From positions 42,621 through 106,620 of the forward strand of contig JAWCKK010000002.1 in the NCBI GenBank assembly GCA_038852105.1: a stretch of DNA of 64,000 nucleotides, read 5' to 3'. Both the position numbers and the translations under genes were made by a program. This DNA is from Thermoplasmata archaeon (GTDB lineage: Archaea > Thermoplasmatota > Thermoplasmata > UBA10834 > DTMW01). Within the stretch, counting starts at the first letter, position 1; each line of letters begins with the position of its first letter. The notes under the pieces are model-generated. The model did no database searches and was not told the DNA's origin. It worked only from the letters and a program-made list of their open reading frames with translations. Positions 31,401 through 40,088 of the stretch are shown piece by piece.

Positions 31401-33042
31401 GTACATGGGTTCGATTTCCCCGTCCAATATGGTCAAGTATGTGAACATAACCACGCCGATCTCGGTTTCCAACCCGTACACTCAAGTCGTGTTCGATATA
31501 GTGCTGCCCGAGCAGACGGTCCCGATAGCGGACTACACGTTCTTCGCTGTGGTCAACCCGACAGTGGGCCAGGGAGGGTTCTCACCCGTCTTCGAGAGCG
31601 ATTACACGAACAACGCGAACAATATCGCGCTGAGGGCGTTCGATTCGAGACCGGACCCGGCAATTTCGATGGACGACATACGTGTGCTTGTAGGTGGCGT
31701 CTCCCTGAGTTCGGTCGGGGGCAATGTGTCGTACGGAGATAATATCGAGGTGCTCCTGACAATCAGGAACGACGGCTATCTCCCGGTGCAGTCGCTCTCA
31801 GTCTCTCTAAACATAACAGGCAACGATAGCTACACGCAGAGCATAGACACGCCGATAAAGGTCGAGTATATCAACGTGAGCGGATACTCCGAGACGGAGA
31901 TTTCGATCACTTACAAGGTATCCGTGAAATACTCCGGTAACTACAGGTTCGCTGTCTGGCTTGACATTGAGCAGACCGTGAAAGATAAGGACAGGAGCAA
32001 CAACTTCGCATACGCGGACGTGAAGGTCCTGTACATCATGCCGACGATATCGATATTCGCGAACGGGAATGTGACCGCGGGTACGAGCTTGACGATCTCG
32101 GGATATGTGAAATACCCAGACGGCTCCGCCTGGGGCGGCATCGATGTCTGGATAGTCGTCAAGAACGCCGTTGACGCGAATGTCACGACTCCTGTCAAGG
32201 TTGTGACCAATACCGATGGCAGATACACCACGACCATAACTATTCCCGCATCGCTCTCCCCGTCCCCGCCGTTCTACAAAATTGACGTGTCCGTCGGCAA
32301 GGATCACGAGCAGAAACCGCTCGGGATACAGGCCGCGAGCGTCCTCGAGCTCTGGATGATCATACTGATAGCGGCAGCGGTAATAGCCGCACTGGTGATA
32401 TTCAGCATCTACATCTACAAGCGCGGCGTCGGCAAGCTCGTGGAGTGCGGCGAGTGCGGTGCTCTGATACCCGAGTCGGCTAGCAAGTGCCCGAAGTGCG
32501 GAGTCGAGTTCGAGAAAGACATGGTGAAATGCAGCGAATGCGGTGCTTGGATACCCGCATCCTCGGTCGAATGCCCGAACTGTCATGTCAGGTTCGGCAC
32601 GCCTCTCGAGGGCGAGAAGTCCTACGAGGACAAGATGAGGGACCAGTACGAGGAGAATGTCCTGTCTAAGTACAGGGACCTCGCGAAGGCGGAGCTCGGC
32701 AAGGACTACAACGAGGACACGTTCAAGGCGTGGTGGGAGACCAACCCGGCGTATATCAGCTTCGAGGACTGGCTGGCGAAGGAGGAGGAGCGCAGGAAGC
32801 AGGCGAACCTCGTCGCTTGCCCGGTCTGCGGCACGCCGAACGCGAAGGACGCGACCGTATGCCACGGCTGCGGGTCGCAGCTGACCCCTGTGCAGGTCGA
32901 GACGACGACGACTCCCGAAGGCGTCGTCATCGAGAAGCGCGTGATACGCAGGCCGATCGAGAAGAAAGTGGTCTCGAAGAAGGTCATCAAGAAACCTCTG
33001 GATCAGGAACAGCAACAGGGTGGCGGCCAGCAGCAGCAATAG
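28489..33042 (+). CDS. Large cell-surface protein (beta-helix-like repeats, CARDB/Ig domains, TM helix) with a cytoplasmic zinc-ribbon tail
   Basis: Signal peptide; CARDB-like units (V-x-N-x-G...A...V-x-F-Y...VDP-x-D-x-I-x-E-x-N-E-x-D-N; DLxI); many N-x-S/T sequons; TM LWMIILIAAAVIAALVIFSIYIY; three CxxC-x10-CxxC motifs after the TM. Confidence 0.88.
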   Translation: MLSGIHRSTRLLSVGLVAVMVLSSFAGLILVAKSVSAVTGDMNVTGPFTIEDTVFTIDGTLTVGATGTLTIRNAELRFVSDGSNPHSLIVNGGKLILDGGTVTTYLDQVSSHPFLTMSIQNGANVRASNDSVLRFPGTLAITGATTKVNLSDTNITHLDLAMVDTYYSPILTDADYGPAITITDATVEMYDSRIDSLPELGGADNNLTLAGSAQFTAVNSYIDVDYLDLTSSDHNKILLQNNARAYLYGCRFDMAGTPPYSSSAVIFGGATCEAYLYRWADVTLNDKYGVPLQGATISAKFTGSTFLEGKDAYYYVPPAGATQTTPPGMILNYMGKTAANYRTANSAGKVLVPYLTDIINWTTAPNSLYVGLYKLTGTYTTYSTTVEFGLDTYPLMGASNAMSSTSIDIANAVAPSNPDPTKYLIVPPNMALSGAYAHTGDVIIKSGGTLTLNDCDFYIYKTDGVPARIIIDTGGKLVLNNLSSISGNVPLSIEVRTGSSLSSYASDIAANISIYGTAQVRMSGSLSGSFTTSADASASIVFSDMNLTSAPVIDGSSTVNVWNTSAPKISLQGNAKMNLYRWATVTILDGTNYVLPGASVRAYWQLNSTLHTTAMASSNGIAKVKLLTNELTATNGVVSSKYLGNYKLVAVHTYNSVDYSSSPGYVALAPYSEPLIAANIAGTFKIESALPNIDPPVTVYRNPAVANAPATVTTVISNTGVVDARDVLVYFYDSDDTVPAMSEKFAEYTVDLIPAGGQATVNVTWMNTHAPGETRYIIVQVDPLDTIPEMNEDDNIGWEMVPVIGLPDLEIGPGGIYSAPTLPTEGISCDLYAQIINVGDASAGTFGVSFYYDQVDGAHLIGTATIGPLGVGAVTLAHVTWASPVAGLKPIIVSINPSHALEERDYSNNNGTGVITVLTQPDLYISSMFAVHKGVQVSSSDNLPAGEQVSIYVLVHNAGGTVVTGPTMVALYMGSISPSNMVKYVNITTPISVSNPYTQVVFDIVLPEQTVPIADYTFFAVVNPTVGQGGFSPVFESDYTNNANNIALRAFDSRPDPAISMDDIRVLVGGVSLSSVGGNVSYGDNIEVLLTIRNDGYLPVQSLSVSLNITGNDSYTQSIDTPIKVEYINVSGYSETEISITYKVSVKYSGNYRFAVWLDIEQTVKDKDRSNNFAYADVKVLYIMPTISIFANGNVTAGTSLTISGYVKYPDGSAWGGIDVWIVVKNAVDANVTTPVKVVTNTDGRYTTTITIPASLSPSPPFYKIDVSVGKDHEQKPLGIQAASVLELWMIILIAAAVIAALVIFSIYIYKRGVGKLVECGECGALIPESASKCPKCGVEFEKDMVKCSECGAWIPASSVECPNCHVRFGTPLEGEKSYEDKMRDQYEENVLSKYRDLAKAELGKDYNEDTFKAWWETNPAYISFEDWLAKEEERRKQANLVACPVCGTPNAKDATVCHGCGSQLTPVQVETTTTPEGVVIEKRVIRRPIEKKVVSKKVIKKPLDQEQQQGGGQQQQ

Positions 33043-33094
33043 AGCTGCTCGCAAAACCCTTTATTTCAATTTTCTTTCCGTTAATCTTTATGGC

Positions 33095-33136
33095 TAGCGA
33101 TATCTCCCGAGAAGCATCTTCGGATTATCATCGCTA
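33095..33136. terminator. Imperfect hairpin between convergent genes
   Basis: TAGCGAT...ATCGCTA outer stem with an inner GAAG-CAT-CTTC stem; preceded by a T-rich tract. Confidence 0.3.
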
Positions 33137-33188
33137 TCGAATTGATAGTTGCGGCTTGAGAAATATCAGTGAAAGCCGTGCTGAGGTT

Positions 33189-35003
33189 TCACTTCGACGC
33201 CGATGGTTGAGTCTCTATCCTGATGCTCTTGAGCGGCGGAGCAGGCGGCGGCGTCGGGCTTTCCGGCAGCTTCTCCGTCGCCGCCATCTTTGCCCGGATC
33301 TCCTCCATCAGCTTGTCTGGGTACTTGTAGTACGCCGATACCACCCTGGCGACCTCGCGGTAATTGACGTTCCCCATCTTCTTCAGGTACTCCAGGACCT
33401 CGACCCTGCGGCGTATCTCCCGTTCCATCTCCCTCGGGGTCCAGTTGCGCGCCATGCGTATCTTCTCGTAGACGTAGCTATGGCCGCTGTAGTTGAACGT
33501 GTCGTCCGCGGGGTTCCAGGTGAACACGGAGTTCGTGATGAGCTCGTTTGTCTCGGGGTCTATCCCGACTATTTCGGTCAAGCCCTTGACCCGCCTTGTC
33601 ATCTTCGTTCCGACCTTCACCTGCGCCTGCAATAACACAATATTGAGTGCCGTCACCAGTGCTCTCGGGAGATTGATCGGGTCGTTCTCCATCCTGTGCA
33701 CCATCGACTGAACATCTTCTGCATGGAAGGTAGAGTACGCGGTCTTCCCAGTGGCCATCGCCTGAAACACGACGTACGCTTCCTTGCCTCTTACCTCACC
33801 GACCATCAGATACTGTGGCCGCTGCCTCATCGCAGTGGTCAGAAGATCGAACATGTCTATCTCGCCGGGCGCCTTGCCGGTTATCGGGCTCTTGCCGCCG
33901 AATCCCTCTCTCGTCAGCGAGGGGATCCAGTTCTCGTGCGGCAGGTTGAGCTCGCGCGTGTCCTCGATGCTCACGATTTTCATCTGAGGAGGTATGAAAA
34001 GGAGAACCGCGTTGAGAGTGGTCGTCTTTCCGGACGCAGTGCCTCCGCAGACGAGCATCGATTGGCCGTGCTCGATTGCCGCCCAGAGGTATGCCATCAT
34101 GTCCGTGCTCATCGTCTTGAATCTCAAAAGGTCCAAGGGCGTGAACGGGTTTTCCTTGAACCGTCTCACCGTGAACGAGGACCCCTTCTTCGTGACGTGC
34201 TTCCCGAGCGTCGCCTGAAGCCTCGAGCCGTCGGGGATCGTGGCGTCGAGCATCGGCTTTGCAACGGATATGTGCTTGCCGCACTTCTGTGCCAGCCATA
34301 CGACGAATGCGTCAAGGTCCTCTTCTCTGTCGAACATCAGGTTGGATCGTATCGAGCCGTATTTCCTATGATATATGTAGAACGGTATCTTGCATCCGTC
34401 GCACGACAGGTCTTCCACGTTCGGATCGGTCATCATGATATCGATTTTCCCGTATCCGATGAAATCCCTTATGAGGTAGTACATGACGCGCTCCTTCGAT
34501 GTCGGGTGAAGGTCGATCCCCACTTCCTTCATGATCTGTCCGACCTTGGCTCTCAGGTACTTCTCTTTGTCTTCCGTTGACTCCCATTCTATCGTCTCGA
34601 TGCTGGCGATAAGGAGGCGCTTGAGGAGGTCCAAGACCTCGGATTCGTCCTTCGAAATCTTCGGCTCGATGACCTCGTACAGATACTCGTTGGCTATGTT
34701 GTCGTACTTGATCCTCACGTAAGAATAGCCCTCCTTGATGGTGACTATCTCCACCTCGTCCACCTTCGGATCGATTATCGGGGGTATCTCCGTCACCTTC
34801 GCGGTGGAGCCCATATCCAGATTCTTCGGGAGGGCGATCTTCATGGGCTTGTGCTTGAACTTCAGGAGGAATGATATGTAGCCCGCCATCAGCCTCGATT
34901 TCGCATCTATTTTCTCGGTCGGAGCCGGGGCTACGGGTTGGGTCTCGGTAACCGTCTCTTCGACCGCCGATGTCTGTTCCATGGTAGTTGCTTCTTCTGT
35001 CAT
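33189..35003 (-). CDS. Type IV pilus / type II-IV secretion ATPase (VirB11/FlaI-like), paralog 2
   Basis: EDLSCDG, LDATIPDGSRLQ, SFTVRRF, Walker A GGTASGKTT, SIEDTREL, RQRPQYLMVGEVRG, TFHA. Confidence 0.93.
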   Translation of the reverse strand: MTEEATTMEQTSAVEETVTETQPVAPAPTEKIDAKSRLMAGYISFLLKFKHKPMKIALPKNLDMGSTAKVTEIPPIIDPKVDEVEIVTIKEGYSYVRIKYDNIANEYLYEVIEPKISKDESEVLDLLKRLLIASIETIEWESTEDKEKYLRAKVGQIMKEVGIDLHPTSKERVMYYLIRDFIGYGKIDIMMTDPNVEDLSCDGCKIPFYIYHRKYGSIRSNLMFDREEDLDAFVVWLAQKCGKHISVAKPMLDATIPDGSRLQATLGKHVTKKGSSFTVRRFKENPFTPLDLLRFKTMSTDMMAYLWAAIEHGQSMLVCGGTASGKTTTLNAVLLFIPPQMKIVSIEDTRELNLPHENWIPSLTREGFGGKSPITGKAPGEIDMFDLLTTAMRQRPQYLMVGEVRGKEAYVVFQAMATGKTAYSTFHAEDVQSMVHRMENDPINLPRALVTALNIVLLQAQVKVGTKMTRRVKGLTEIVGIDPETNELITNSVFTWNPADDTFNYSGHSYVYEKIRMARNWTPREMEREIRRRVEVLEYLKKMGNVNYREVARVVSAYYKYPDKLMEEIRAKMAATEKLPESPTPPPAPPLKSIRIETQPSASK

Positions 35004-35014
35004 TCACTTTCACC

Positions 35015-35938
35015 TCAGGCGAACAGTAGCCTCAATATGAAGAAGGCGGCGAGCAGCATTATGAACGAATGCCTCAAGCCGATTGCCACGCTGCCTCTCT
35101 GAAGCACTCCGGCCATGACGCCGTCTCCCACAGCGTGCGCAAGCGTGGCGAGCAGGAACGCGAATTCCACCGACGGTATGACTGACACATCGATGCCCGA
35201 CATCGACCCCATCTGCGACGAGCCGATTTTCTCCGTCGCCTCCTGCAACTGCGAGCCTGCCAGCTGCATCTGAGGCAAGAAAGAAGCGGTCAAGATGACT
35301 ATCGTCGCGATGAACACGAAGAACGAGATGTAGATGACGGCGACGTACGTGCTCATCACGATCGCCTTCTCGGTCTCGGTGAGTATCGTCTCCCTGGCAT
35401 CGTGCGCCACCATCGTAAGGACGTCCGCGACATTCCCGCCCGCATCGCTCGCCTTCATGATAATCGATGTCATCCGCTGCACGAGAGGGGTCTTGACTCT
35501 CTCAGCGAATAGCCTGAGCGCCTCGTTCGCCGGGACTCCCCATTCTATCTGCGCGGCCATCTTCTTTATCTCCGGCGTGAGCGCCCCGTACCGCCCCGAA
35601 GACGCGACGACTATCGCCTCTGCGAGAGTCATGCCGAACCTTCCCGCTTCGGCCACATCTCTAAGGAAATCCGGTAGCCTGTTCTCGATCTGCTTAATCC
35701 TCTTCCATCTGGCAGACATGTAGAACCCGTAAGGTCCGACGAAGACCAACATGCCGATGATTATCCAGTCTATCCAGTCGAAGGGCAGATCCATGAATTT
35801 CATGTAGTCGAGCAGTGCCAGCAGTATGGTGAACACGAAAACGCCGAATGAAATACCGAGTATCTGCTTCGATCTATCGACCTTTTCCGATCCCGGTATT
35901 ATCAGCGCACCGCCTTTCTGCGCCTTTGTTTTCGGCAT
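35015..35938 (-). CDS. Type II secretion system F / TadC-like platform membrane protein
   Basis: LPDFLRDVAE..GMTL.EAI...YGAL..EI...I.WG...EAL..F; GG....VL; TM helices; G...G...GLRH motif. Confidence 0.9.
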   Translation of the reverse strand: MPKTKAQKGGALIIPGSEKVDRSKQILGISFGVFVFTILLALLDYMKFMDLPFDWIDWIIIGMLVFVGPYGFYMSARWKRIKQIENRLPDFLRDVAEAGRFGMTLAEAIVVASSGRYGALTPEIKKMAAQIEWGVPANEALRLFAERVKTPLVQRMTSIIMKASDAGGNVADVLTMVAHDARETILTETEKAIVMSTYVAVIYISFFVFIATIVILTASFLPQMQLAGSQLQEATEKIGSSQMGSMSGIDVSVIPSVEFAFLLATLAHAVGDGVMAGVLQRGSVAIGLRHSFIMLLAAFFILRLLFA

Positions 35939-36970
35939 CTAGACGGCACTCTCCTTTTCGCTGTTCCAGATGAGGAATATGAACCCGAACTGTGCGAGAG
36001 GAATCATTAGCAGGACGACGAGGTAGAGTATCATCATCGTGCCGCTGGCGTTCCCTCCCACGATTGCCATGATGGCGAGTATGACCACAAGGAAAAGCGG
36101 GAAGGCTACGACGACGGTCACGAACGACTCGGCGAGAAGCCCCAAGGTTTCCATTCTAGACTTCATCTCGAGCTTGGCGTCCTTCTCGTATTCCTCGGCC
36201 TTTATCAGGAAGTACGGCTTCAGCTGGCCTCCGGAGGTCGACGTGGTTATTACCCCCTGAAGGAAGTCCTGGAACTTCTTCGACGGGGTCCTCTGCGTGG
36301 CCTTCTTGATGGCTGTAAGGATGTCGATTCCCAGAAGCTCGGTGTCCCTCGTGATCCACTCCGCCTCCTCCTTGATACCTCCGTATATCGGCTGTCTCGC
36401 GAGCTCCTTGAATATGACGTCGATGTTCACATCGGCGGAGGCCATCGCCGAGATGAAGCTCATCGCCGAGGGCAGTCGTTTCTCGATGTCCCTCGAGATT
36501 CTCTTCGCCGTGGAAGCCGGCTTTCCTTTCTGGACCGCGTAGACCATGACAGGCGGGAAGACGGCTATCAGGACAGCGACGATTATCTGCAGGATGAGAT
36601 TGACCTTGAGCATCATTCCGAGCAGGACGAATCCGACGACAATGCCCGCGACTATACTGCCCATCGCCGTCAGAAGGGTCGACATCATGACGACCGCCAT
36701 GAACTCCTCCGGGCGCAACCTCATGTGAGCCTTTGTGAGGTTCTCCTCGAGGACGGCATCCTGCTTGCCCTTCGCGGTGATGCTCTTCCCGAAAACTCTC
36801 CAGGCCAGCTGCTCAAAGGGCTTCAATGCGATGTATTCGGGAGCGGCTCCTGCCGGGAGCTTTATGACGTGAGGAATCGCCTTTTCCTTCGCCTCTTCGG
36901 GCGTCTGAGTCTTGATGTAAAGCTTCTTCCTCGAATCCAACTTTTTGAACAGATCGGCTTCATCGGGCAT
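35939..36970 (-). CDS. Type II secretion system F / TadB-like platform membrane protein
   Basis: L.KAHMRLRPEEF, IEKRLP.A.SFISAMAS, YGGIKEEA..I.RD..LLG.D, TPS..F..FL.G, E.L..LAE.FV; TM helices. Confidence 0.9.
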   Translation of the reverse strand: MPDEADLFKKLDSRKKLYIKTQTPEEAKEKAIPHVIKLPAGAAPEYIALKPFEQLAWRVFGKSITAKGKQDAVLEENLTKAHMRLRPEEFMAVVMMSTLLTAMGSIVAGIVVGFVLLGMMLKVNLILQIIVAVLIAVFPPVMVYAVQKGKPASTAKRISRDIEKRLPSAMSFISAMASADVNIDVIFKELARQPIYGGIKEEAEWITRDTELLGIDILTAIKKATQRTPSKKFQDFLQGVITTSTSGGQLKPYFLIKAEEYEKDAKLEMKSRMETLGLLAESFVTVVVAFPLFLVVILAIMAIVGGNASGTMMILYLVVLLMIPLAQFGFIFLIWNSEKESAV

Positions 36971-38731
36971 TTACGTCGCCACCTGCTGTCCGCTCGCTGC
37001 CGCGGACTCGATCCCCATCGCCGCCAGTTCGGTCCTCACAATCGCCGCGGTCGCCTGAGGATCCCTGTAATACGACCTTATCAGCTTCCATATGTCGCGG
37101 TGGTCCTCGAGGTTCTTCGCGACCATGAACTTGATCACATCGACCCGCCTGTGGAACTCGTCCATCATGGCCTCGTGCGTCATATTCTTCATTTCCATTA
37201 TCTTGTCGAACAGGAAGCTGTGACCCTTAAAGATGAACTGGTCCTTGCCCTGGTCCCATTCGTAGACCGTGTTCGTGATGAGCTCGTTGGTCTCCGGTTC
37301 GAATCCGACGATCTCGATCAGCTGCCGTATCCGTCTTACCATGTCCATTCCGACTCTCGCGTGGATCTGGATTATCACGTTCCGCAGGGCCGTGAGAAGA
37401 ATTCTCGGGCAGTTGATCGGAGGATTCTCGAGCCTGTTAACCATGCCTTTTACGGAATCCGCGTGCATCGTCGAATACGTGGTGTGCCCAGTGGCCATTG
37501 CCTGGAACATCGTGTAGGTTTCTTTACCTCTGACTTCACCGACGATGATGTAGTTGGGCCGCTGTCGCAGCGCCGCCCTGACGAGATCATACATGTCGAT
37601 TTCCCCGGCCGCCTTCCCGTCTGCTCCTCTCTCGCCTACACCGGACCTCGTCGCGCCAGGTATCCAGTTCTCATGCGGCAAATTGATCTCACGGGTGTCC
37701 TCCATCGTGACTATCTTCGCGGTGGGCGGAATGAATAGCGAAATCGCGTTCAAGGTCGCGGTCTTTCCAGACGCGGTCCCGCCGGCGATTATTGCCGACT
37801 CGCCGTGCTCGACGGCCAGCCACATGTATGCGACCATCTCTTCGCTCGCGGTCTTGTGCTTTATGAGATCGACCGGCGTGAACGGTTTCTCCTTGAACCG
37901 CCTGATGGTGAATGTAGACCCTCTGGTCGTTACCTCCTTGGAATAGGTCGCCTGGACACGGTGGCCCTCGGGGGCCGTACCGTCGAGTATCGGGTTGGAG
38001 ACCGATATCTGCTTGCCGCATCTCTGGGACAGTCCGACGACGAACGAGTTCAGGCTTTCTTCGTCATTGAATATGAGGTTCGTCTTCAGGCTCTCGAATT
38101 TCGCGTGATAGACGAACAGCGGGATGTTTACGCCGTCGCAGGAAATATCTTCTATGTAGGTGTCGTTCATGAGCGCGTCAATGGGACCGTAGCCGATGAA
38201 GTCCCTGATGATGTAATACAGCACTTTCTCCTTGGATATCTTATCCAGCTTGATGTTTCTCGTCCTCAGGAACGACTCGACGCTCTTCTCCAGATATGAT
38301 TGCTTGTCGACGGTGGTCAGCTTGTCCCACTCGTACGACAGCGTCTTGTCCAGGGAGTCTTTGAGAGTCTTCAGAAGCTTCTCTTCCTTCGGGCTCAGCT
38401 GAGGCTCGATGACCTCCAGCAGGTATTCGTTCGTCGTCGTGTTCAATACGACCCTCACGAAGCTGAAGGGGCTCTTGACCGCGTAGAAGCCCACCTGCTG
38501 CAGGGCAGGGTCGGTGATCTTCGGCACCTTGGTGTATTCCGAGCCTTCCTCCGAGTATTCGCCGATCGGCCCCTTTGGTGGCATCTTCTTCGGGAGCTGG
38601 GTCTTCTTGATCTTCATCATGAATCTCAAGTATCGCGCCATGGCTCTTGTCCCGAATCCGACTTCCTTTTTCTCCTTCCCTTTCTTCTTCTCTTCCAAGG
38701 GCTCTACTGACGGGGCTACGGCTTCTGTCAT
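36971..38731 (-). CDS. Type IV pilus / type II-IV secretion ATPase (VirB11/FlaI-like), paralog 1
   Basis: IEDISCDG, LDGTAPEGHRVQ, TFTIRRF, Walker A GGTASGKTA, TMEDTREI, RQRPNYIIVGEVRG, TMHADS; GAGGTGA RBS. Confidence 0.93.
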   Translation of the reverse strand: MTEAVAPSVEPLEEKKKGKEKKEVGFGTRAMARYLRFMMKIKKTQLPKKMPPKGPIGEYSEEGSEYTKVPKITDPALQQVGFYAVKSPFSFVRVVLNTTTNEYLLEVIEPQLSPKEEKLLKTLKDSLDKTLSYEWDKLTTVDKQSYLEKSVESFLRTRNIKLDKISKEKVLYYIIRDFIGYGPIDALMNDTYIEDISCDGVNIPLFVYHAKFESLKTNLIFNDEESLNSFVVGLSQRCGKQISVSNPILDGTAPEGHRVQATYSKEVTTRGSTFTIRRFKEKPFTPVDLIKHKTASEEMVAYMWLAVEHGESAIIAGGTASGKTATLNAISLFIPPTAKIVTMEDTREINLPHENWIPGATRSGVGERGADGKAAGEIDMYDLVRAALRQRPNYIIVGEVRGKETYTMFQAMATGHTTYSTMHADSVKGMVNRLENPPINCPRILLTALRNVIIQIHARVGMDMVRRIRQLIEIVGFEPETNELITNTVYEWDQGKDQFIFKGHSFLFDKIMEMKNMTHEAMMDEFHRRVDVIKFMVAKNLEDHRDIWKLIRSYYRDPQATAAIVRTELAAMGIESAAASGQQVAT

Positions 38732-38739
38732 CTTTCACC

Positions 38740-39729
38740 TCAAACGCTTATCTCCGCCATCGTCATCGAAACTATCGCCTTCGTGTATTCCAGGGAGGTT
38801 ATCCCGTTTAGCGAGACGACAATTCTGTAATATGTTTGACCATCCGCCGTAAAAGAGGTTTTCGTTATACTCCAATCGGATTCTGAAATGCCCGCGGTAT
38901 TCGTGCTCCGCATATCCTTGAAGTATTTCTCCCAGGCGTTTCCGTACTTTGTGATCATAATAAACGATAACGTCGATCCGTCAGACTTGAGGAATTTTCC
39001 GTAATTGGCGTACTCGAGGACCGATGTCACGCTCTTCGTGCCGAATCCTCCGAGGGACTTGTTGATGCCTGTCAGCGATACCTGCGTGACCTTGACCATC
39101 AGATCCCCTCCGGATTTCACGACTCTTATCGACATCCCGCTGAGCACGATTTCTCCGTTCGTCTGGTTGAGAATTATCGCGCCGTTCTCGTAAGCCACGG
39201 TCTGCTTCACATAGAATCGGTTCATGCCGTCGAATTCGAGGCTCCCGCCGGTTTTCCCTCCGTTCGAGGCGTTGAGCTCATAATTTAGAGCACTTCCGAC
39301 GGTGTAATTGAACCTGATGGTGAACGACGGGTACCCGTAGGCGGAGTCGGTCGAGAGGGCCAGGAGACCGACGGTGGGGCTAGCAAAGACCGGTATGCCG
39401 TCGGCATGGAGCTTGAAAGGCGTGTATATCGGGGCGCTCGATACCTCCCCGCTCTCCATCGCTGTCAGTATCTGCAGGTCGATCCCTGCCTTGAGCATGC
39501 TGAATTGAGAGATCACGGTGTTCATGTGAGAGCTTTCGTTATCCTCCATCCAAATCGGCACGTATTGGTTGGTGAACATGCCGAGTCCGGTCAGGAAGAC
39601 CATCAGGGAAAGGATGGTTCCGACCGTCGCGGCGACGCCCTCGTCGTCCCAACTCTTCTTGCGCTTTATCTTGAATAAAAAGGACTTTTCGTAGACTGTC
39701 CTATCTGCCCGATTTGCGCGCTTCGACAA
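38740..39729 (-). CDS. Pilin-like protein with a class III signal peptide (large minor pilin)
   Basis: KRKKSWDDEG|VAATVGTILSLMVFL, followed by YVP.W...E..H...V...F; first gene of the pilus operon; TTG start behind GGTGGTGA. Confidence 0.75.
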   Translation of the reverse strand: MSKRANRADRTVYEKSFLFKIKRKKSWDDEGVAATVGTILSLMVFLTGLGMFTNQYVPIWMEDNESSHMNTVISQFSMLKAGIDLQILTAMESGEVSSAPIYTPFKLHADGIPVFASPTVGLLALSTDSAYGYPSFTIRFNYTVGSALNYELNASNGGKTGGSLEFDGMNRFYVKQTVAYENGAIILNQTNGEIVLSGMSIRVVKSGGDLMVKVTQVSLTGINKSLGGFGTKSVTSVLEYANYGKFLKSDGSTLSFIMITKYGNAWEKYFKDMRSTNTAGISESDWSITKTSFTADGQTYYRIVVSLNGITSLEYTKAIVSMTMAEISV

Positions 39730-39934
39730 TATAAGCTCACCACCAATACCGCTGGGAGAGATTTTCTTATCTGGAACAACTCAATAAACAACGGTGCCGT
39801 ATTTAACCCTGTCGTCACAGGTATCTCTCCTGCTAGTCGCGAAGAAACGCTCGTCCAAACGCTGCAATTTCCTTGCGATATAGGGACAATATTTTAAATC
39901 CGCCCTTGGCATTTATGCTGATACCTGCCGATAA

Positions 39935-40007
39935 GCCGTGGTAACTCAGTTGGGAGAGTGCAAGACTGAAGATCTTGAAGTCGCCGGTTCAAGTCCGGCC
40001 CACGGCA
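39935..40007 (+). tRNA. tRNA-Phe(GAA), CCA not encoded
   Basis: GCCGTGG/CCACGGC acceptor, ACTC/GAGT D stem, CAAGA-CTGAAGA-TCTTG anticodon arm, GCCGG-TTCAAGT-CCGGC T arm; TTTTAAAT TATA-like element upstream. Confidence 0.96.
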
Positions 40008-40088
40008 CTTCTTACAGTCTCTTAAGGTCTTCAGCATCATTTCTAGATGATTATGCTAAGAATGGAAGGGGTTTGAAACTCGGGAAGC

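Noticed and set aside
32730-33635. 301-aa plus-strand ORF spanning the CARDB 3' end and ATPase2
   Set aside because: It overlaps two real genes in alternative frames and has no motifs; only the possible antisense promoter was kept as a finding.
33189-39729. Archaellum (fla/arl) operon
   Set aside because: No archaellin, FlaF/G/H or single fused FlaJ; the split TadB/TadC layout indicates a pilus system.
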